Below are positions 37,264 to 47,801 of a DNA stretch of 64,000 bases, in pieces. The first letter of the stretch is position 1. Every line of letters begins with the position of its first letter. The notes under the pieces were generated by a model, which searched no databases, was not told where the DNA came from, and worked only from the letters and a program-made list of their open reading frames with translations. Position numbers and translations under genes: made by a program. Source of the stretch: an uncultured Christensenella sp. (GTDB lineage: Bacteria; Bacillota; Clostridia; Christensenellales; UBA1750); contig CAJJNQ010000002.1 of NCBI GenBank assembly GCA_905193155.1, positions 12,270 through 76,269 of the forward strand, in the 5' to 3' direction.

Positions 37264-37292
37264 TTGCAAAGGGCACGTCCATCATGTATAAT
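37264..37292 (+). promoter_or_regulatory. Strong sigma-A promoter for the SCIFF precursor
   Basis: TTGCAA-17 nt-TATAAT, about 38 nt upstream of the ATG at 37330. Confidence 0.7.
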
Positions 37293-37329
37293 AATTAAGA
37301 TTTATCAGGTAAAGGAGGGTGTTTACGCG

Positions 37330-37503
37330 ATGAAGCACATCAAGACCGTTGCGGGTTCCTGCATCAACAAGAGCACGGGCGCGGGCTGCGGTGAGTGCCA
37401 GGCTTCCTGCCAGAGCGCTTGCAAGACGTCCTGCACTGTTGCCAACCAGTCTTGCCAGAACAAGGGCGAGAAGGTCTATAACCCCGCGCGCAAGAACGCG
37501 TAA
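37330..37503 (+). CDS. scfA: SCIFF (six-cysteines-in-forty-five) ranthipeptide precursor, atypically long variant
   Basis: MKHIKT...GCGECQASCQSACKTSCTVANQSCQNK matches the SCIFF core. RBS AAGGAGGG. It sits immediately upstream of the radical SAM/SPASM maturase. Confidence 0.9.
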   Translation: MKHIKTVAGSCINKSTGAGCGECQASCQSACKTSCTVANQSCQNKGEKVYNPARKNA

Positions 37504-37528
37504 AGCATTTTTCGCCAAGGGAAAAAAC

Positions 37529-37558
37529 GGGAGCCTCAGTTGTGCGACTGGGGCTTCT
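37529..37558 (+). terminator. Imperfect hairpin between precursor and maturase (possible partial terminator/attenuator)
   Basis: gggagcctcag-ttgtgcga-ctggggcttc followed by a T-rich stretch. Confidence 0.3.
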
Positions 37559-37626
37559 TATCTGTTCGTAAGGAAGATGCGCCCGCGCTGCGCCTTACGG
37601 AGACTGAAGGAGAATAGGATTTAATT

Positions 37627-39003
37627 ATGGTACATACTTTTTGCGTGGACGGGCGATATCTGGCGCTGGACGTGGATTCCGGCACGGTGCATCTGCTGGA
37701 CGAGATGAGCTATGAGGTAATCTCACGCTGGGAAAAGGAAACTCCCGAGCAAATCATCGGCGAGCTTTCCGGCCGATTTGACGAAGAAGAGCTAAAGGAA
37801 GTGATCGAGGAGGTCAAAGTCCTCATCGCCGGCGGTACGCTCTTTTCCTATGATGCGTCGCTGCACACGGTTCCTTCCGAAGAGGAGATGAAGCCCGGCG
37901 TCATCAAGGCGATGTGCCTGCTGGTGGCGCACGACTGCAACCTGCGCTGCCGCTACTGTTTCGCCTCCACCGGCACCTTCCATGGCCAGCGCCTGCTGAT
38001 GCCGCTGGATATCGGTAAGCGCGCGCTGGAATTCCTGATCGAGCGCTCCGGCAGCCGCAAGTTCCTCGAGGTCGATTTCTTCGGCGGGGAACCGATGCTC
38101 AACTTCGGCGTGGTCAAGCAGCTGGTGGCCTACGGCCGTGAGCTGGAGAAAAAGACGGGCAAGACCTTCCGCTTCACCATCACCACCAACGCCTATGATC
38201 TCAAGGACGAGGATATCGAGTTTTTCAACCGCGAGATGAGCAACGTGGTGCTGTCGGTGGACGGCCGCAAGGAAGTACATGATTTCATGCGCCCGACGGC
38301 TCAGGGAGGCGGCTCCTGGGATCAGGCGATGGCCAATGCCAAGAAGGTCGCCGCTGCGCGCAACCAGCAGAACTACTATGTCCGCGGTACGTTCACCAAC
38401 CGCAGCCTGGATTTTTCCAAGGATGTGCTGGCACTGGCGGATCAGGGCTTTGAGCAGATCAGCGTCGAGCCCGTGGTGCTCGCCCCCTCCTCGCCTTATG
38501 CGCTCCTTCAGGAGCAGCTGCCGGGCATCCTGGAGCAGTACGACATCCTTTATAAGGAATACGTCAAGCGCCGTGCGGACGGCCGCTGGTTCTCCTTCTT
38601 CCATTTCTGCGTGGATCTGGCGGGCGGCCCCTGCATCAAAAAGCGCCTGAAGGGCTGCGGCGCGGGCGTGGAATACGTCGCGGTCACGGCCGACGGCGAA
38701 ATCTTCCCCTGCCATCAGTTCGTGGGCCGTAAGGGATACTGCATGGGCAGCGTGCTGGACGGCACGCTGGATGAATCCATCCGTGAGAAATTCGCCCACG
38801 CACATGTCCTGAACAAGGAAAAATGCGCCAACTGCTGGGCGCGCCTGTACTGCACCGGCGGCTGCGCGGCCAACGCCGACGCTTTCCACGACGGCGACCT
38901 GACCAAGCCCTACGACATGGAGTGCGAGATGGAGAAAAAGCGTCTCGAATGCGCCATTGCCGTGACGGCGGGCGAGATGGAAGCGCGCGGTGAGGCGGAG
39001 TAG
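37627..39003 (+). CDS. scfB: SCIFF radical SAM/SPASM thioether-forming maturase
   Basis: 458 aa with the CNLRCRYC radical-SAM cluster motif and C-terminal SPASM cysteines (CGAG..FPCHQF, CANCWARLYCTGGCAANA). Adjacent to the SCIFF peptide. Confidence 0.92.
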   Translation: MVHTFCVDGRYLALDVDSGTVHLLDEMSYEVISRWEKETPEQIIGELSGRFDEEELKEVIEEVKVLIAGGTLFSYDASLHTVPSEEEMKPGVIKAMCLLVAHDCNLRCRYCFASTGTFHGQRLLMPLDIGKRALEFLIERSGSRKFLEVDFFGGEPMLNFGVVKQLVAYGRELEKKTGKTFRFTITTNAYDLKDEDIEFFNREMSNVVLSVDGRKEVHDFMRPTAQGGGSWDQAMANAKKVAAARNQQNYYVRGTFTNRSLDFSKDVLALADQGFEQISVEPVVLAPSSPYALLQEQLPGILEQYDILYKEYVKRRADGRWFSFFHFCVDLAGGPCIKKRLKGCGAGVEYVAVTADGEIFPCHQFVGRKGYCMGSVLDGTLDESIREKFAHAHVLNKEKCANCWARLYCTGGCAANADAFHDGDLTKPYDMECEMEKKRLECAIAVTAGEMEARGEAE

Positions 39004-39046
39004 ATCTGCGCAAAACGCCTGAAAACGGACGGATGAAAGCGAAGTC

Positions 39047-39075
39047 TTGACGTTACGGAAACTTAACGGTATAAT
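39047..39075 (+). promoter_or_regulatory. Candidate sigma-A promoter for secDF
   Basis: TTGACG-17 nt-TATAAT. Confidence 0.65.
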
Positions 39076-39144
39076 ATTTTCTTAGCGAATCATGCGGCGC
39101 GCACTGGACGCGCACGCCGTAAAATCAGAGGAGGTCCAAGCCAA

Positions 39145-40404
39145 ATGAAGAAGAGAAGTGCCATCAATCTGGCCGTCGTGATCATTCTGACCGCGGCCTT
39201 TGGCGCACTGGCCATCTTCGGGCTGAACATCGGCGCGTTGGAAATCAAGCCCCTTGTGTCTGGTATTTCGCAGGGACTGGATCTGCGCGGCGGCGTTTCG
39301 GCCGTTTACCTTGCAGTGGATGAGGGTCAGGAAGATTACGCAAGCCTGCTGTCGGGCACCATGGCGGTGCTCCGCAGCCGTTTGACCGGCCAGGGCTTTA
39401 CGGAAGCTACGGTCACGCAGCAGGGCACCGACCGCATCCGCGTCGAAATCCCGGATGTGGACGATCCCAACGAGATCCTGAACATCATCGGCCAGCCCGC
39501 AAAGCTGGAATTCAAGACCCCCGACGGCGAAGTCATCATGGACGGCTCCGCGGTCAAGAAGGCGGAGATGGGCTATCTGGAAGGCCAGCCCGTTGTGCAG
39601 TTTGAGCTCAATGACGAAGGCACGGATGCCTTTGCCAAGGCCACTGCCGCAAACATCGGCAAGGCGATTTCCATCGAGCTGGACGGCAACGTGATTTCCG
39701 CGCCCACCGTCAACACCGCCATCACCGGCGGCTCCGGCTACATTGAGGGCAACTTCACTGCGGAGTCTGCGCAGAACCTGGCGATGCTGATTCAGTCCGG
39801 CGCACTGCCGCTGAACATCGAACAGCTCGAGGTTCGCACGATTTCCGCGACACTGGGCGAGGATGCGCTGAGCACCTCCATGACCGCTGCCATCATCGGC
39901 GTATTGCTGGTCATCCTCTTTATGATCATCATGTACCGCCTGCCCGGCGCGGTGGCGTCTTTGGCGCTGCTGATCTACATCCTGATCGACCTGTTCCTGC
40001 TGGCCGTCATTCCCGGCGTGCAGCTGACGCTGCCCGGTATTGCCGGTATTGTGCTGTCCATCGGCATGGCTGTGGACGCCAATGTCATCATCTTTGAACG
40101 CGTGAAGGAAGAGCTCAAGGCGGGCAAGACCGTCCGCGCTTCTGTGGAGAGCGGCTTTAAGCGCGCCTTCACGGCCATTCTTGACTCCAACATCACCACC
40201 ATCATCGCCGGCGTTGTGCTGATGATCTTTGGCGCGGGTTCCATCAAGGGCTTTGCCATTACGCTGACCATCGGCGTTGTCGCCTCGATGTTCACGGCGG
40301 TTGTGGTCACCCGCTTCCTGCTCCATCAGATGGTGGGCCTGAACCTGACGAACCACGGCCTCTACGGCGTGAAGGAAGTTAAGGCAAAGGAGGGGAATGC
40401 GTAA
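39145..40404 (+). CDS. secD: Protein translocase subunit SecD
   Basis: 419 aa with an N-terminal TM, a periplasmic-type domain (LGLDLRGG, RVEIPDV) and a C-terminal 5-TM bundle. Confidence 0.95.
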   Translation: MKKRSAINLAVVIILTAAFGALAIFGLNIGALEIKPLVSGISQGLDLRGGVSAVYLAVDEGQEDYASLLSGTMAVLRSRLTGQGFTEATVTQQGTDRIRVEIPDVDDPNEILNIIGQPAKLEFKTPDGEVIMDGSAVKKAEMGYLEGQPVVQFELNDEGTDAFAKATAANIGKAISIELDGNVISAPTVNTAITGGSGYIEGNFTAESAQNLAMLIQSGALPLNIEQLEVRTISATLGEDALSTSMTAAIIGVLLVILFMIIMYRLPGAVASLALLIYILIDLFLLAVIPGVQLTLPGIAGIVLSIGMAVDANVIIFERVKEELKAGKTVRASVESGFKRAFTAILDSNITTIIAGVVLMIFGAGSIKGFAITLTIGVVASMFTAVVVTRFLLHQMVGLNLTNHGLYGVKEVKAKEGNA

Positions 40405-41342
40405 TGAAATTCTCCAAGAATCTCAAGTTTACCATTCTTCTGCCCGCTGCGGTGCTGGTCATCGGTCTGATCGTCGGCATCATTTGCGGCGGCATGAACC
40501 TTGGCATTGATTTTACCGGCGGCACCATGATGACCATCGCGATGCATCAGGACTTTGATTCCTCCGTGGTCACCAAGGCGTTTGTGGATGAGGGCTTCTC
40601 CGAGAAGGACATCTCGCTGACCGTCTCCGGTTCCGGCGAAGAAGCCGAAGCGCTGGTGCGTTTCCCCGATACCAACGATGCGGATCGTGAAAATGAGATC
40701 CGCGCCGACGTCGAAAAGACCATCCAGGCGACCTATCCCAACGCGGAGGTCGCATCCACCGATCGCGTCGGCGCCGTTGCGGGCCGCGACCTGGTCATGA
40801 ACGCGATCTCCTCCGTGCTGATCGCCTGCGCGCTGATGCTGGTCTACATTTGGTTCCGCTTTGAGCTGCACTTCGGCGTGACCGCCGTTGTGGCGCTGCT
40901 GCTGGACGTGGGCGTGATGATTTCGATGGTCACCATCCTGCGCTTGCAGGTCAACTCCTCGTTCATTGCGGCGGTGCTGACCATCGTCGGCTACGCGATC
41001 AACGATACCATCGTCATTTTCGACCGCATCCGCGAGAATATGCGTCTCCACTCCCGCAAGGAAATGACCCGTGCGGAACTGGCGGATCTGTCCGTCAAGG
41101 AGACCCTGCCCCGCACGGTCAACACGAGCATCACGACCCTGCTGACCATCGTCATGCTCTACATCATGGGTGTGACCTCGATCCGCGAGTTTGCGTTGCC
41201 CATCATCATCGGCTTGCTGGCCGGTATCTACACCTCGGTGTTCATCGCGCCGTCGCTGTGGGGCATCTGGCAGGACAAGACCGACCTGAAGAAGGCTGCC
41301 GCTGCGCAGACCAAGGGCAAGGCAAAGGCCAAGAAGGCCTGA
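40404..41342 (+). CDS. secF: Protein translocase subunit SecF
   Basis: GIDFTGGT motif and a C-terminal TM bundle. The start shares one nucleotide with the secD stop. Confidence 0.95.
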   Translation: MKFSKNLKFTILLPAAVLVIGLIVGIICGGMNLGIDFTGGTMMTIAMHQDFDSSVVTKAFVDEGFSEKDISLTVSGSGEEAEALVRFPDTNDADRENEIRADVEKTIQATYPNAEVASTDRVGAVAGRDLVMNAISSVLIACALMLVYIWFRFELHFGVTAVVALLLDVGVMISMVTILRLQVNSSFIAAVLTIVGYAINDTIVIFDRIRENMRLHSRKEMTRAELADLSVKETLPRTVNTSITTLLTIVMLYIMGVTSIREFALPIIIGLLAGIYTSVFIAPSLWGIWQDKTDLKKAAAAQTKGKAKAKKA

Positions 41343-41394
41343 GACACGGCGTCCGAAGGGTCGGAATAAAAACCGAGTTATTGAGCCGCAATTG

Positions 41395-41432
41395 GGCCGC
41401 CGAGGATTTTCCCCGGCGGCCTATGCTTTTTT
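41395..41432 (+). terminator. Rho-independent terminator after secF
   Basis: 8-bp GC stem ggccgccg / cggcggcc, then a T6 run. Confidence 0.65.
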
Positions 41433-41459
41433 GAAAAAATACCCGGAGGAGAGAAGGAC

Positions 41460-43880
41460 ATGCTGGAATTCCGCAGACGCGCCGAACTGGATGAAGAGGC
41501 GGTGCAGCGCCTGTGCGCCATGGGGCTGCCGCTGCGCGTGGCGCAGCTGATGGTGCTGCGCGGTGTCACAACCTGTGAAGCGGCGAAAAAATATCTGCAT
41601 CCCAGTTTGAACGAGCTGTACGATCCGTTCCTGCTCAGCGGTATGCAGCAGGCGGTGGATCGCATCCGTGAGGCGGTAGCGAAAAAGCAGCGTGTTTGCA
41701 TCTACGGCGACTATGACGCGGACGGTGTGACTGCAACGTCGCTGCTGGTGCTCTACTTCCGGACGCTGGGATTGAACCCCGGTTATTACATTCCCGACCG
41801 GCATGAGGAAGGATACGGCCTTAACGAGCACGCGGTGCGAGAGCTGGCTGCAAAATACGATCTGATGGTGACGGTGGACTGCGGCGTGACAGCGGTCAAA
41901 GAGGTGGAGCTTTGCCGACAGCTGGGGCTGGACGTGCTCGTGACCGACCATCACCATGCAGATACCGTGCTGCCGGATTGCGTGATCGTCAATCCGCGGC
42001 TGGGCGGATATCCCTTCCCGTATCTGGCGGGCGTGGGCGTGGCGGCAAAGCTGGTGCAGGCGCTGGGCGGCATGGACGCGCTCAAGCCCTATCTTGACAT
42101 CGTGGCGATCGGCACCGTGGCGGACATTGTGTCGCTGACGGACGAAAACCGCGCGCTGGTCAAGGCAGGGCTGGAAGCCATTGCGCAGAAAACGCGCCCC
42201 GGCGTGCAGGCGCTGACCGAATCCGCCGGGCAGAACAGCAAAGAGCTGACCTCCGGCGCAATCGGCTTTACGCTGGGGCCGCGCATCAACGCGGGCGGGC
42301 GCATCGGGCATTCGTCCCGCTCGGTCGAGATGCTCACCACGCAGGATTTGAACCTTGCCCGGCGCATCGCGTCGGAGCTGGAAAACCATAACCGCATACG
42401 CCAAAGCCAGGAGCAGGAGATATTAAAAGGCGCTCTTGCCCAGGTGGAAGAACAGGCGGATTTCCTCAATGAGCGCGCCATTGTCTGCGCGGGAGAGGGC
42501 TGGAACGCCGGGGTGATCGGCATTGTGGCTTCCCGGTTGGTGGAGCGCTATCATCGTCCCGCGTTCGTGTTGGCAAAGGAAAAAAATACCTATGTCGGAT
42601 CGGCACGGTCGGTGCGCGGCGTGAGCCTGTTTGACCAGCTGCAAGGCATTTCCAACGTATTCCTGCGCTACGGCGGACATGACATGGCTGCGGGGCTGAC
42701 CATCGCGGAAAACCGGCTGGATGAGTTCCGCCGCCGCATCAACGATGAGATGCTGCAAATGGACGACGCTCCCTGGGTGCCCAGTCAGGATTACGATCTG
42801 GAGGTGCGCCTGCCGGAGTTGACGCTGGAGTTCCTGGAAAACCTCAAGTGCCTGGAACCGCTGGGGCAGGGCAACACCATGCCGGTGTATCTGCTGCGCG
42901 GCGTGACGGTGACGGAGGCCAAGACCATGGGCGCAACCGGCGCGCACTTAAAGATGCACATCACGCAGGACGGCGCATCCGCCGACGCGGCGGCCTTCAA
43001 AATGGGCTGGCGCGCAGAGCAGGCCGCGGGGCTGATGGATATGCTCGTCACCATCGACAAAAACACCTGGAACGGCCGCACATCCCTGCGCATTTACGTC
43101 AAGGAATTCAAGCCTTCGCAGGAAAACTACTTTACCAATTTGCAACAGTTCGACGGGAAAAGAATGCGTGATTTTTTGCCGTGGGTTATGTATAATGAGA
43201 GCAAGCCGGGCTTCCGGCGGACGCTCCCGCTGCCCGCGGATAAGGCGGCGGATCGCGTGGAGCATCTGCTGCGGATCAACCTATCCGGCACACTGCTGCT
43301 CTATGCGTCCATCGAGACGGCAAAAAAGTGGGAAAAGATATTGGCAGCGCGCGGGCTTTTACAGCGCGTGGGGCTGGGCGTTGGGCACGAAGCCGACGAC
43401 CGCTGCGCCTACAACCTGATGACTTGTGTCTCCTGTCTGAGCAAAAAGCAGCTTTCGCTCTACCGCAACATCGTGCTGCTGGACGGCTCCTTTGCGCCGA
43501 GCTATGCCGAGCAGTTGCAAGCCGCAGCGCCGGGCAGCGTCATTCATGCCCTGCCGATGCAGCAGGAGGCGCGAGATGCCATGGCGGCAATCTCGCCCAC
43601 CATCGAGCAGGTGCGCGGCATCTACAAGGCGCTCAAGACCATGCAGGGCCGCCTGCGCAGCGTGGGCAGCCTGAGTGCGATGCAGGCGGCCCTGGGGCCG
43701 CTCTGCCCCGGCGGACAGCCGCAGCTCCAGCTGGCGCTGATGGAGATGAAGGACATGGAGCTGATCGAGCTGAGCCTTCAGCCCTTCCGGGTGGCGCTGC
43801 GGGAAGTGACGGGCAAACGCGATTTTTATGCAACGGCAACCTATCAGCGGCTCGCGGAATATTCGGGCCCCAAAGCATAG
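41460..43880 (+). CDS. recJ: Single-stranded-DNA-specific exonuclease RecJ (long Firmicute form)
   Basis: DHH motifs (IYGDYDADGVT, VTVDCG, LVTDHHH), DHHA1 (GGHDMAAG), and a long C-terminal extension. Confidence 0.93.
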   Translation: MLEFRRRAELDEEAVQRLCAMGLPLRVAQLMVLRGVTTCEAAKKYLHPSLNELYDPFLLSGMQQAVDRIREAVAKKQRVCIYGDYDADGVTATSLLVLYFRTLGLNPGYYIPDRHEEGYGLNEHAVRELAAKYDLMVTVDCGVTAVKEVELCRQLGLDVLVTDHHHADTVLPDCVIVNPRLGGYPFPYLAGVGVAAKLVQALGGMDALKPYLDIVAIGTVADIVSLTDENRALVKAGLEAIAQKTRPGVQALTESAGQNSKELTSGAIGFTLGPRINAGGRIGHSSRSVEMLTTQDLNLARRIASELENHNRIRQSQEQEILKGALAQVEEQADFLNERAIVCAGEGWNAGVIGIVASRLVERYHRPAFVLAKEKNTYVGSARSVRGVSLFDQLQGISNVFLRYGGHDMAAGLTIAENRLDEFRRRINDEMLQMDDAPWVPSQDYDLEVRLPELTLEFLENLKCLEPLGQGNTMPVYLLRGVTVTEAKTMGATGAHLKMHITQDGASADAAAFKMGWRAEQAAGLMDMLVTIDKNTWNGRTSLRIYVKEFKPSQENYFTNLQQFDGKRMRDFLPWVMYNESKPGFRRTLPLPADKAADRVEHLLRINLSGTLLLYASIETAKKWEKILAARGLLQRVGLGVGHEADDRCAYNLMTCVSCLSKKQLSLYRNIVLLDGSFAPSYAEQLQAAAPGSVIHALPMQQEARDAMAAISPTIEQVRGIYKALKTMQGRLRSVGSLSAMQAALGPLCPGGQPQLQLALMEMKDMELIELSLQPFRVALREVTGKRDFYATATYQRLAEYSGPKA

Positions 43881-43916
43881 AGAATACAAAAAGACAGTTT
43901 CAGGGAGGATTTCGAC

Positions 43917-44438
43917 ATGGATCTCAGAGATAAGGTGCGCAGCATCAAGGATTTCCCCAAGGAGGGGATCATTTTCCGCGACGTGACGACGATTTTCAAG
44001 GACCCGGAAGCCTTTCATCAGTTGATGGATGAGATGGCGGCGACGCTGGAAGGCCAGAAAATCGACGTGGTCATCGGCCCCGAGGCGCGCGGCTTCACCG
44101 TTGCGTCCGTGCTGGCTTACATGCTGCACGCCGGCTTTGTGCCGGTGCGCAAGCCGGGCAAGCTGCCTGCGGAAACCCTTTCTTACAGCTATGATTTGGA
44201 ATACGGTTCTGATACGATTGAAATCCACAAGGACGCGATTCGGCCCGGCATGAAGGTGGCGGTCGTGGACGACCTGTTGGCCACCGGCGGCACGGCCTAT
44301 GCGGCTTGCAAGCTGGCAGAGCAGCTGGGCGGCGAGGTGGTCGCGGTGCGCTTTGCCATTGAGCTGGAAGGCATGGGCGGTCGCGAAAAGCTCGGCGATT
44401 ACGACGTGAAATCCGTGATGATGTTCGCAGGGGACTGA
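43917..44438 (+). CDS. apt: Adenine phosphoribosyltransferase
   Basis: FPKEGIIFRDVT and the PRPP loop VAVVDDLLATGGT. Confidence 0.95.
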   Translation: MDLRDKVRSIKDFPKEGIIFRDVTTIFKDPEAFHQLMDEMAATLEGQKIDVVIGPEARGFTVASVLAYMLHAGFVPVRKPGKLPAETLSYSYDLEYGSDTIEIHKDAIRPGMKVAVVDDLLATGGTAYAACKLAEQLGGEVVAVRFAIELEGMGGREKLGDYDVKSVMMFAGD

Positions 44439-44489
44439 CGGACCCCGTCAGTATTTTGAAATGAGAATCGGTTAGGGGAGGCGAGTGGA

Positions 44490-46691
44490 ATGCCGCCGGT
44501 TGAATACACAAAGGAATATTTTGACAAGCAGATCGACCTGCTTGTGGACAAAATGCACGCCTATGATCCCAAAGTGGACGGGAGTGTGGTTCACGCGGCG
44601 TTCGACTATGCGCTGAGCATGCACGGCGTGCAGACGCGCGAATCCGGCGAGCCGTATGTGGTGCACCCACTGAAGGTGGCCGAGATCCTGGCCGACATGG
44701 AGATGGATCAGACCACGATCATGGCGGCGCTGCTGCACGACTGCATTGAGGACACCAAGGCTTCGTTTGAAAACATCGAGCAGCAGTTCGGCGCGGATGT
44801 GGCGCGGCTGGTGGACGGCGTGACGAAGCTGGACGGCATTGAGTTCCGCACCAAGGACGAGCAGAAGGCGGAATCGCTGCGCAAGATGTTCTTTGCCATG
44901 GCTAAGGACATCCGCGTGGTCATCATCAAGCTTGCCGATCGTCTGCACAATATGCGCACGCTGAAGTTCTGCAAGGAAGAAAAGCGCGTGCGCACGGCGA
45001 AGGAGACCATTGAGGTCTACGCGCCGCTGGCCAACCGATTGGGTATCAACTCCATCAAATGGGAGTTGGAGGATCTCTGCCTGCGGTATCTGGATCCGGA
45101 GAGTTACTATGATCTGGTGGATCGCGTCAACATGAAGCGCGAAGAGCGCATGGAGGCCATCAGCAAGATCATCGAAAAGCTCCGCGCCGCGCTGGACGAA
45201 GCGGGCATCAAGGCCGAAATCACCGGCCGCCCGAAGCACTTCTATTCCATCTACAAAAAGATGAAGAAGAAAGGGCTGAGCTTTGACCAGATCTATGACC
45301 TGATCGCGGTGCGCGTGCTGGTGGATACCACGCAGGACTGCTATGCCGCGCTGGGCATTGTTCATACCCTCTGGAAGCCGGTGCAGGGGCGTTTCAAGGA
45401 CTATATCGCGGTGCCTAAGACCAACGGCTATCAGTCGCTGCACAACACTATGATCGGCGACCACGGGATGCCTTTTGAGGTGCAGATTCGCACCCACGAG
45501 ATGCACCGCGTCGCGGAATTCGGCGTCGCGGCGCACTATAAGTACAAAAACGACGGCAAGAGCACGCAGTTCGACGAGACGCTGAACTTTGTGCACCAGC
45601 TGATGAGCATTGATAACGAGGTGGACGACACCCGCGAGTTCATGGATACGCTCAAAAAAGAGCTGTTCTCGGACGACGAGGTGTTCGTATTCACCCCGCA
45701 GGGCGACGCGATCGACCTGCCCAAGGATTCCACGCCGCTGGACTTTGCCTACCGCATCCACAGCGCCGTGGGCAACAAGTGCGTCGGCGCGAAGGTCAAT
45801 CAGCGCATCGTGACGCTCGATACGAAGCTGCAAACCGGCGATATCGTCGAGATCATTACCTCGGCCTCGTCCAAAGGCCCGTCGATGGACTGGCTCAAGA
45901 TCGTCAAGACCACGGAGGCCAAGAGCAAGATCCGCGCGTACCTCAAGGCTTCCCTGCGCGATGAGAACATATTGGTGGGCCGCGACATGGTCGAAAAGGA
46001 AGCGCGCCGCCAGAATCTCGATCCCGCAAAGCTCCTCAAACCCGAATATCTCGAAAAATTGCAGCGCAAACAGGGCTTCAAAACGGCGGATGACATCTAT
46101 GCTTCCGTCGGCTTTGGCGGGCTGACGGCAATGCAGGTCGTGATGCGCCTGAATGAGGAGCTCAAGCGGGCGACCCGAGAGGAGGCGCCGCCGCTGCCGG
46201 AAATCCGGCCGGAACGCCCCTCCAGCATCAAAAAAAAGAACAAGGAGCAGGCGGTTTTTGTCAAGGGCGAAGAGGGCATGTTGGTGCGATTTGCGCATTG
46301 CTGCAACCCTGTGCCGGGCGACGACATTGTGGGATATATCACTCGCGGGCGCGGTGTTTCCGTGCACCGCAGGGACTGCATTAACCTGAAGGATTCCTCG
46401 ATGGAAGACATGCGCATGATCGAGGTGTCCTGGAACACCGGTGCAAAATCGTCCTTCAATGCCGATGTGCAGCTGATCGCCTATGACCGCAGCGGCATTA
46501 TTGCCACGCTGACGACCATGATTGCCGGGATGAACATCCCACTGCAGGCGATTTCGGCGCGCTCGACCAAGAACAAGACCACCGTCATCAATTTGACCAT
46601 CGAGGTCAAGGATAAGGAACAGCTCTCCATGGTGATGAAGCAGTTCCAGAAAAATCCGGACATCATTGAGGCGTATCGCGCTTCGACGTAA
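44490..46691 (+). CDS. relA: Bifunctional (p)ppGpp synthetase/hydrolase (Rel/RSH)
   Basis: 733 aa with an HD hydrolase domain ([15 protein letters not shown]), synthetase domain ([15 protein letters not shown]-like, [10 protein letters not shown]), TGS and a C-terminal ACT domain. Confidence 0.95.
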   Translation: MPPVEYTKEYFDKQIDLLVDKMHAYDPKVDGSVVHAAFDYALSMHGVQTRESGEPYVVHPLKVAEILADMEMDQTTIMAALLHDCIEDTKASFENIEQQFGADVARLVDGVTKLDGIEFRTKDEQKAESLRKMFFAMAKDIRVVIIKLADRLHNMRTLKFCKEEKRVRTAKETIEVYAPLANRLGINSIKWELEDLCLRYLDPESYYDLVDRVNMKREERMEAISKIIEKLRAALDEAGIKAEITGRPKHFYSIYKKMKKKGLSFDQIYDLIAVRVLVDTTQDCYAALGIVHTLWKPVQGRFKDYIAVPKTNGYQSLHNTMIGDHGMPFEVQIRTHEMHRVAEFGVAAHYKYKNDGKSTQFDETLNFVHQLMSIDNEVDDTREFMDTLKKELFSDDEVFVFTPQGDAIDLPKDSTPLDFAYRIHSAVGNKCVGAKVNQRIVTLDTKLQTGDIVEIITSASSKGPSMDWLKIVKTTEAKSKIRAYLKASLRDENILVGRDMVEKEARRQNLDPAKLLKPEYLEKLQRKQGFKTADDIYASVGFGGLTAMQVVMRLNEELKRATREEAPPLPEIRPERPSSIKKKNKEQAVFVKGEEGMLVRFAHCCNPVPGDDIVGYITRGRGVSVHRRDCINLKDSSMEDMRMIEVSWNTGAKSSFNADVQLIAYDRSGIIATLTTMIAGMNIPLQAISARSTKNKTTVINLTIEVKDKEQLSMVMKQFQKNPDIIEAYRAST

Positions 46692-46758
46692 AGAAAAAAT
46701 CGAAAGGGCGCGCGCGGAAGCGTGCGCCCTTTCTGTGCGGCGGAAGGAGCAGAAAAAT

Positions 46759-47208
46759 ATGAGAATCGTGGTGCAGCGGGTGACGAGATCGTCCGTGACC
46801 ATCAAGGGAGAATTGATTTCGGAAATCGGCAAGGGCCTGATGGCGCTCATCGGCGTGCAGGAGGGCGATACCGAAAAGGACGCGCAGCTTGCGGCGGAGA
46901 AGATTGCCGGCCTGCGCATCTTTGAAGATGAAGCGGGCAAGATGAATCTTTCGGTGCAGGATATCGGCGGTGAGGTGCTGGCGGTTTCGCAGTTCACGCT
47001 GCTGGGGGATGCGCGCAAGGGTAAGCGCCCGTCTTTCATTGAAGCCGCCCGGCCGGAGATTGCCGATCCGCTCTATGAAAAGGTGGTGGAAAACATCCGC
47101 GCGGCGGGATTGACCTGCAAAACCGGCGTGTTTCGCGCGGATATGCAGGTAGAGCTCATCAACGACGGCCCTGTGACCATCCTCTATGACACGAGGAGGC
47201 TGTTTTGA
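46759..47208 (+). CDS. dtd: D-aminoacyl-tRNA deacylase
   Basis: MRIVVQRV.., [17 protein letters not shown] and NDGPVT motifs. ATG at 46759 with RBS GGAAGGAG. Confidence 0.93.
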   Translation: MRIVVQRVTRSSVTIKGELISEIGKGLMALIGVQEGDTEKDAQLAAEKIAGLRIFEDEAGKMNLSVQDIGGEVLAVSQFTLLGDARKGKRPSFIEAARPEIADPLYEKVVENIRAAGLTCKTGVFRADMQVELINDGPVTILYDTRRLF

Positions 47209-47801
47209 TGGAGATCGTGCAGCTGACGCTGGGGGCGCTGGGCACCAACTGCTATCTGGTCAAGCGGGAAGAGGGCGTGCTGGTCATCGACCCGGCGGCG
47301 GAGCCGGAGCGCATTGCGTCAAAACTTGCGTCTTTGGGCTGGAAGCCGGACGCGGTGGTGCTGACGCATGCGCATTTTGACCACATGCTGGCGGCAAACG
47401 ATCTGCCGGGAGACACAATCGCGCTGGGCGAAGCGGATGTGCCGCTGCTGACCGACCCGATGTGCAATCTTTCCGGGCTTTGGAGCAGCCCGTTTGTCTG
47501 CAGAAGAGCGCCGCAACCGCTGCGGGATGGTCAGACCTTTATGGGCTTTGAAGTGCTCGGTACGCCGGGGCATACCAAGGGCGGCATCTGCCTGTACGAT
47601 TGGCAGGAAAAGACGCTGTTTTCGGGTGATACGCTGTTCTGCGCGGGCTTTGGGCGCACGGATTTCCCCGGCGGCGATGAGGATGAGCTGCTGCAGTCAC
47701 TGGATCGTCTGTTCGGTCTGCCGGGTGAGAGCCGCGTGCTGCCCGGCCACGGCGGAGAAACGACCATTGAAGCGGAGAGAAACAGGAGGTGGGGACGATG
47801 A
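47208..47801 (+). CDS. MBL-fold metallo-hydrolase (glyoxalase-II-like)
   Basis: THAHFDH (HxHxDH), TPGHTKGG, GDTLF and LPGHG motifs. The ATG overlaps the dtd stop. Confidence 0.85.
   Translation: MEIVQLTLGALGTNCYLVKREEGVLVIDPAAEPERIASKLASLGWKPDAVVLTHAHFDHMLAANDLPGDTIALGEADVPLLTDPMCNLSGLWSSPFVCRRAPQPLRDGQTFMGFEVLGTPGHTKGGICLYDWQEKTLFSGDTLFCAGFGRTDFPGGDEDELLQSLDRLFGLPGESRVLPGHGGETTIEAERNRRWGR

Noticed and set aside
44472-47039. An 855-aa minus-strand ORF.
   Set aside because: It is antisense to relA and dtd. It is a typical GC-rich shadow ORF.
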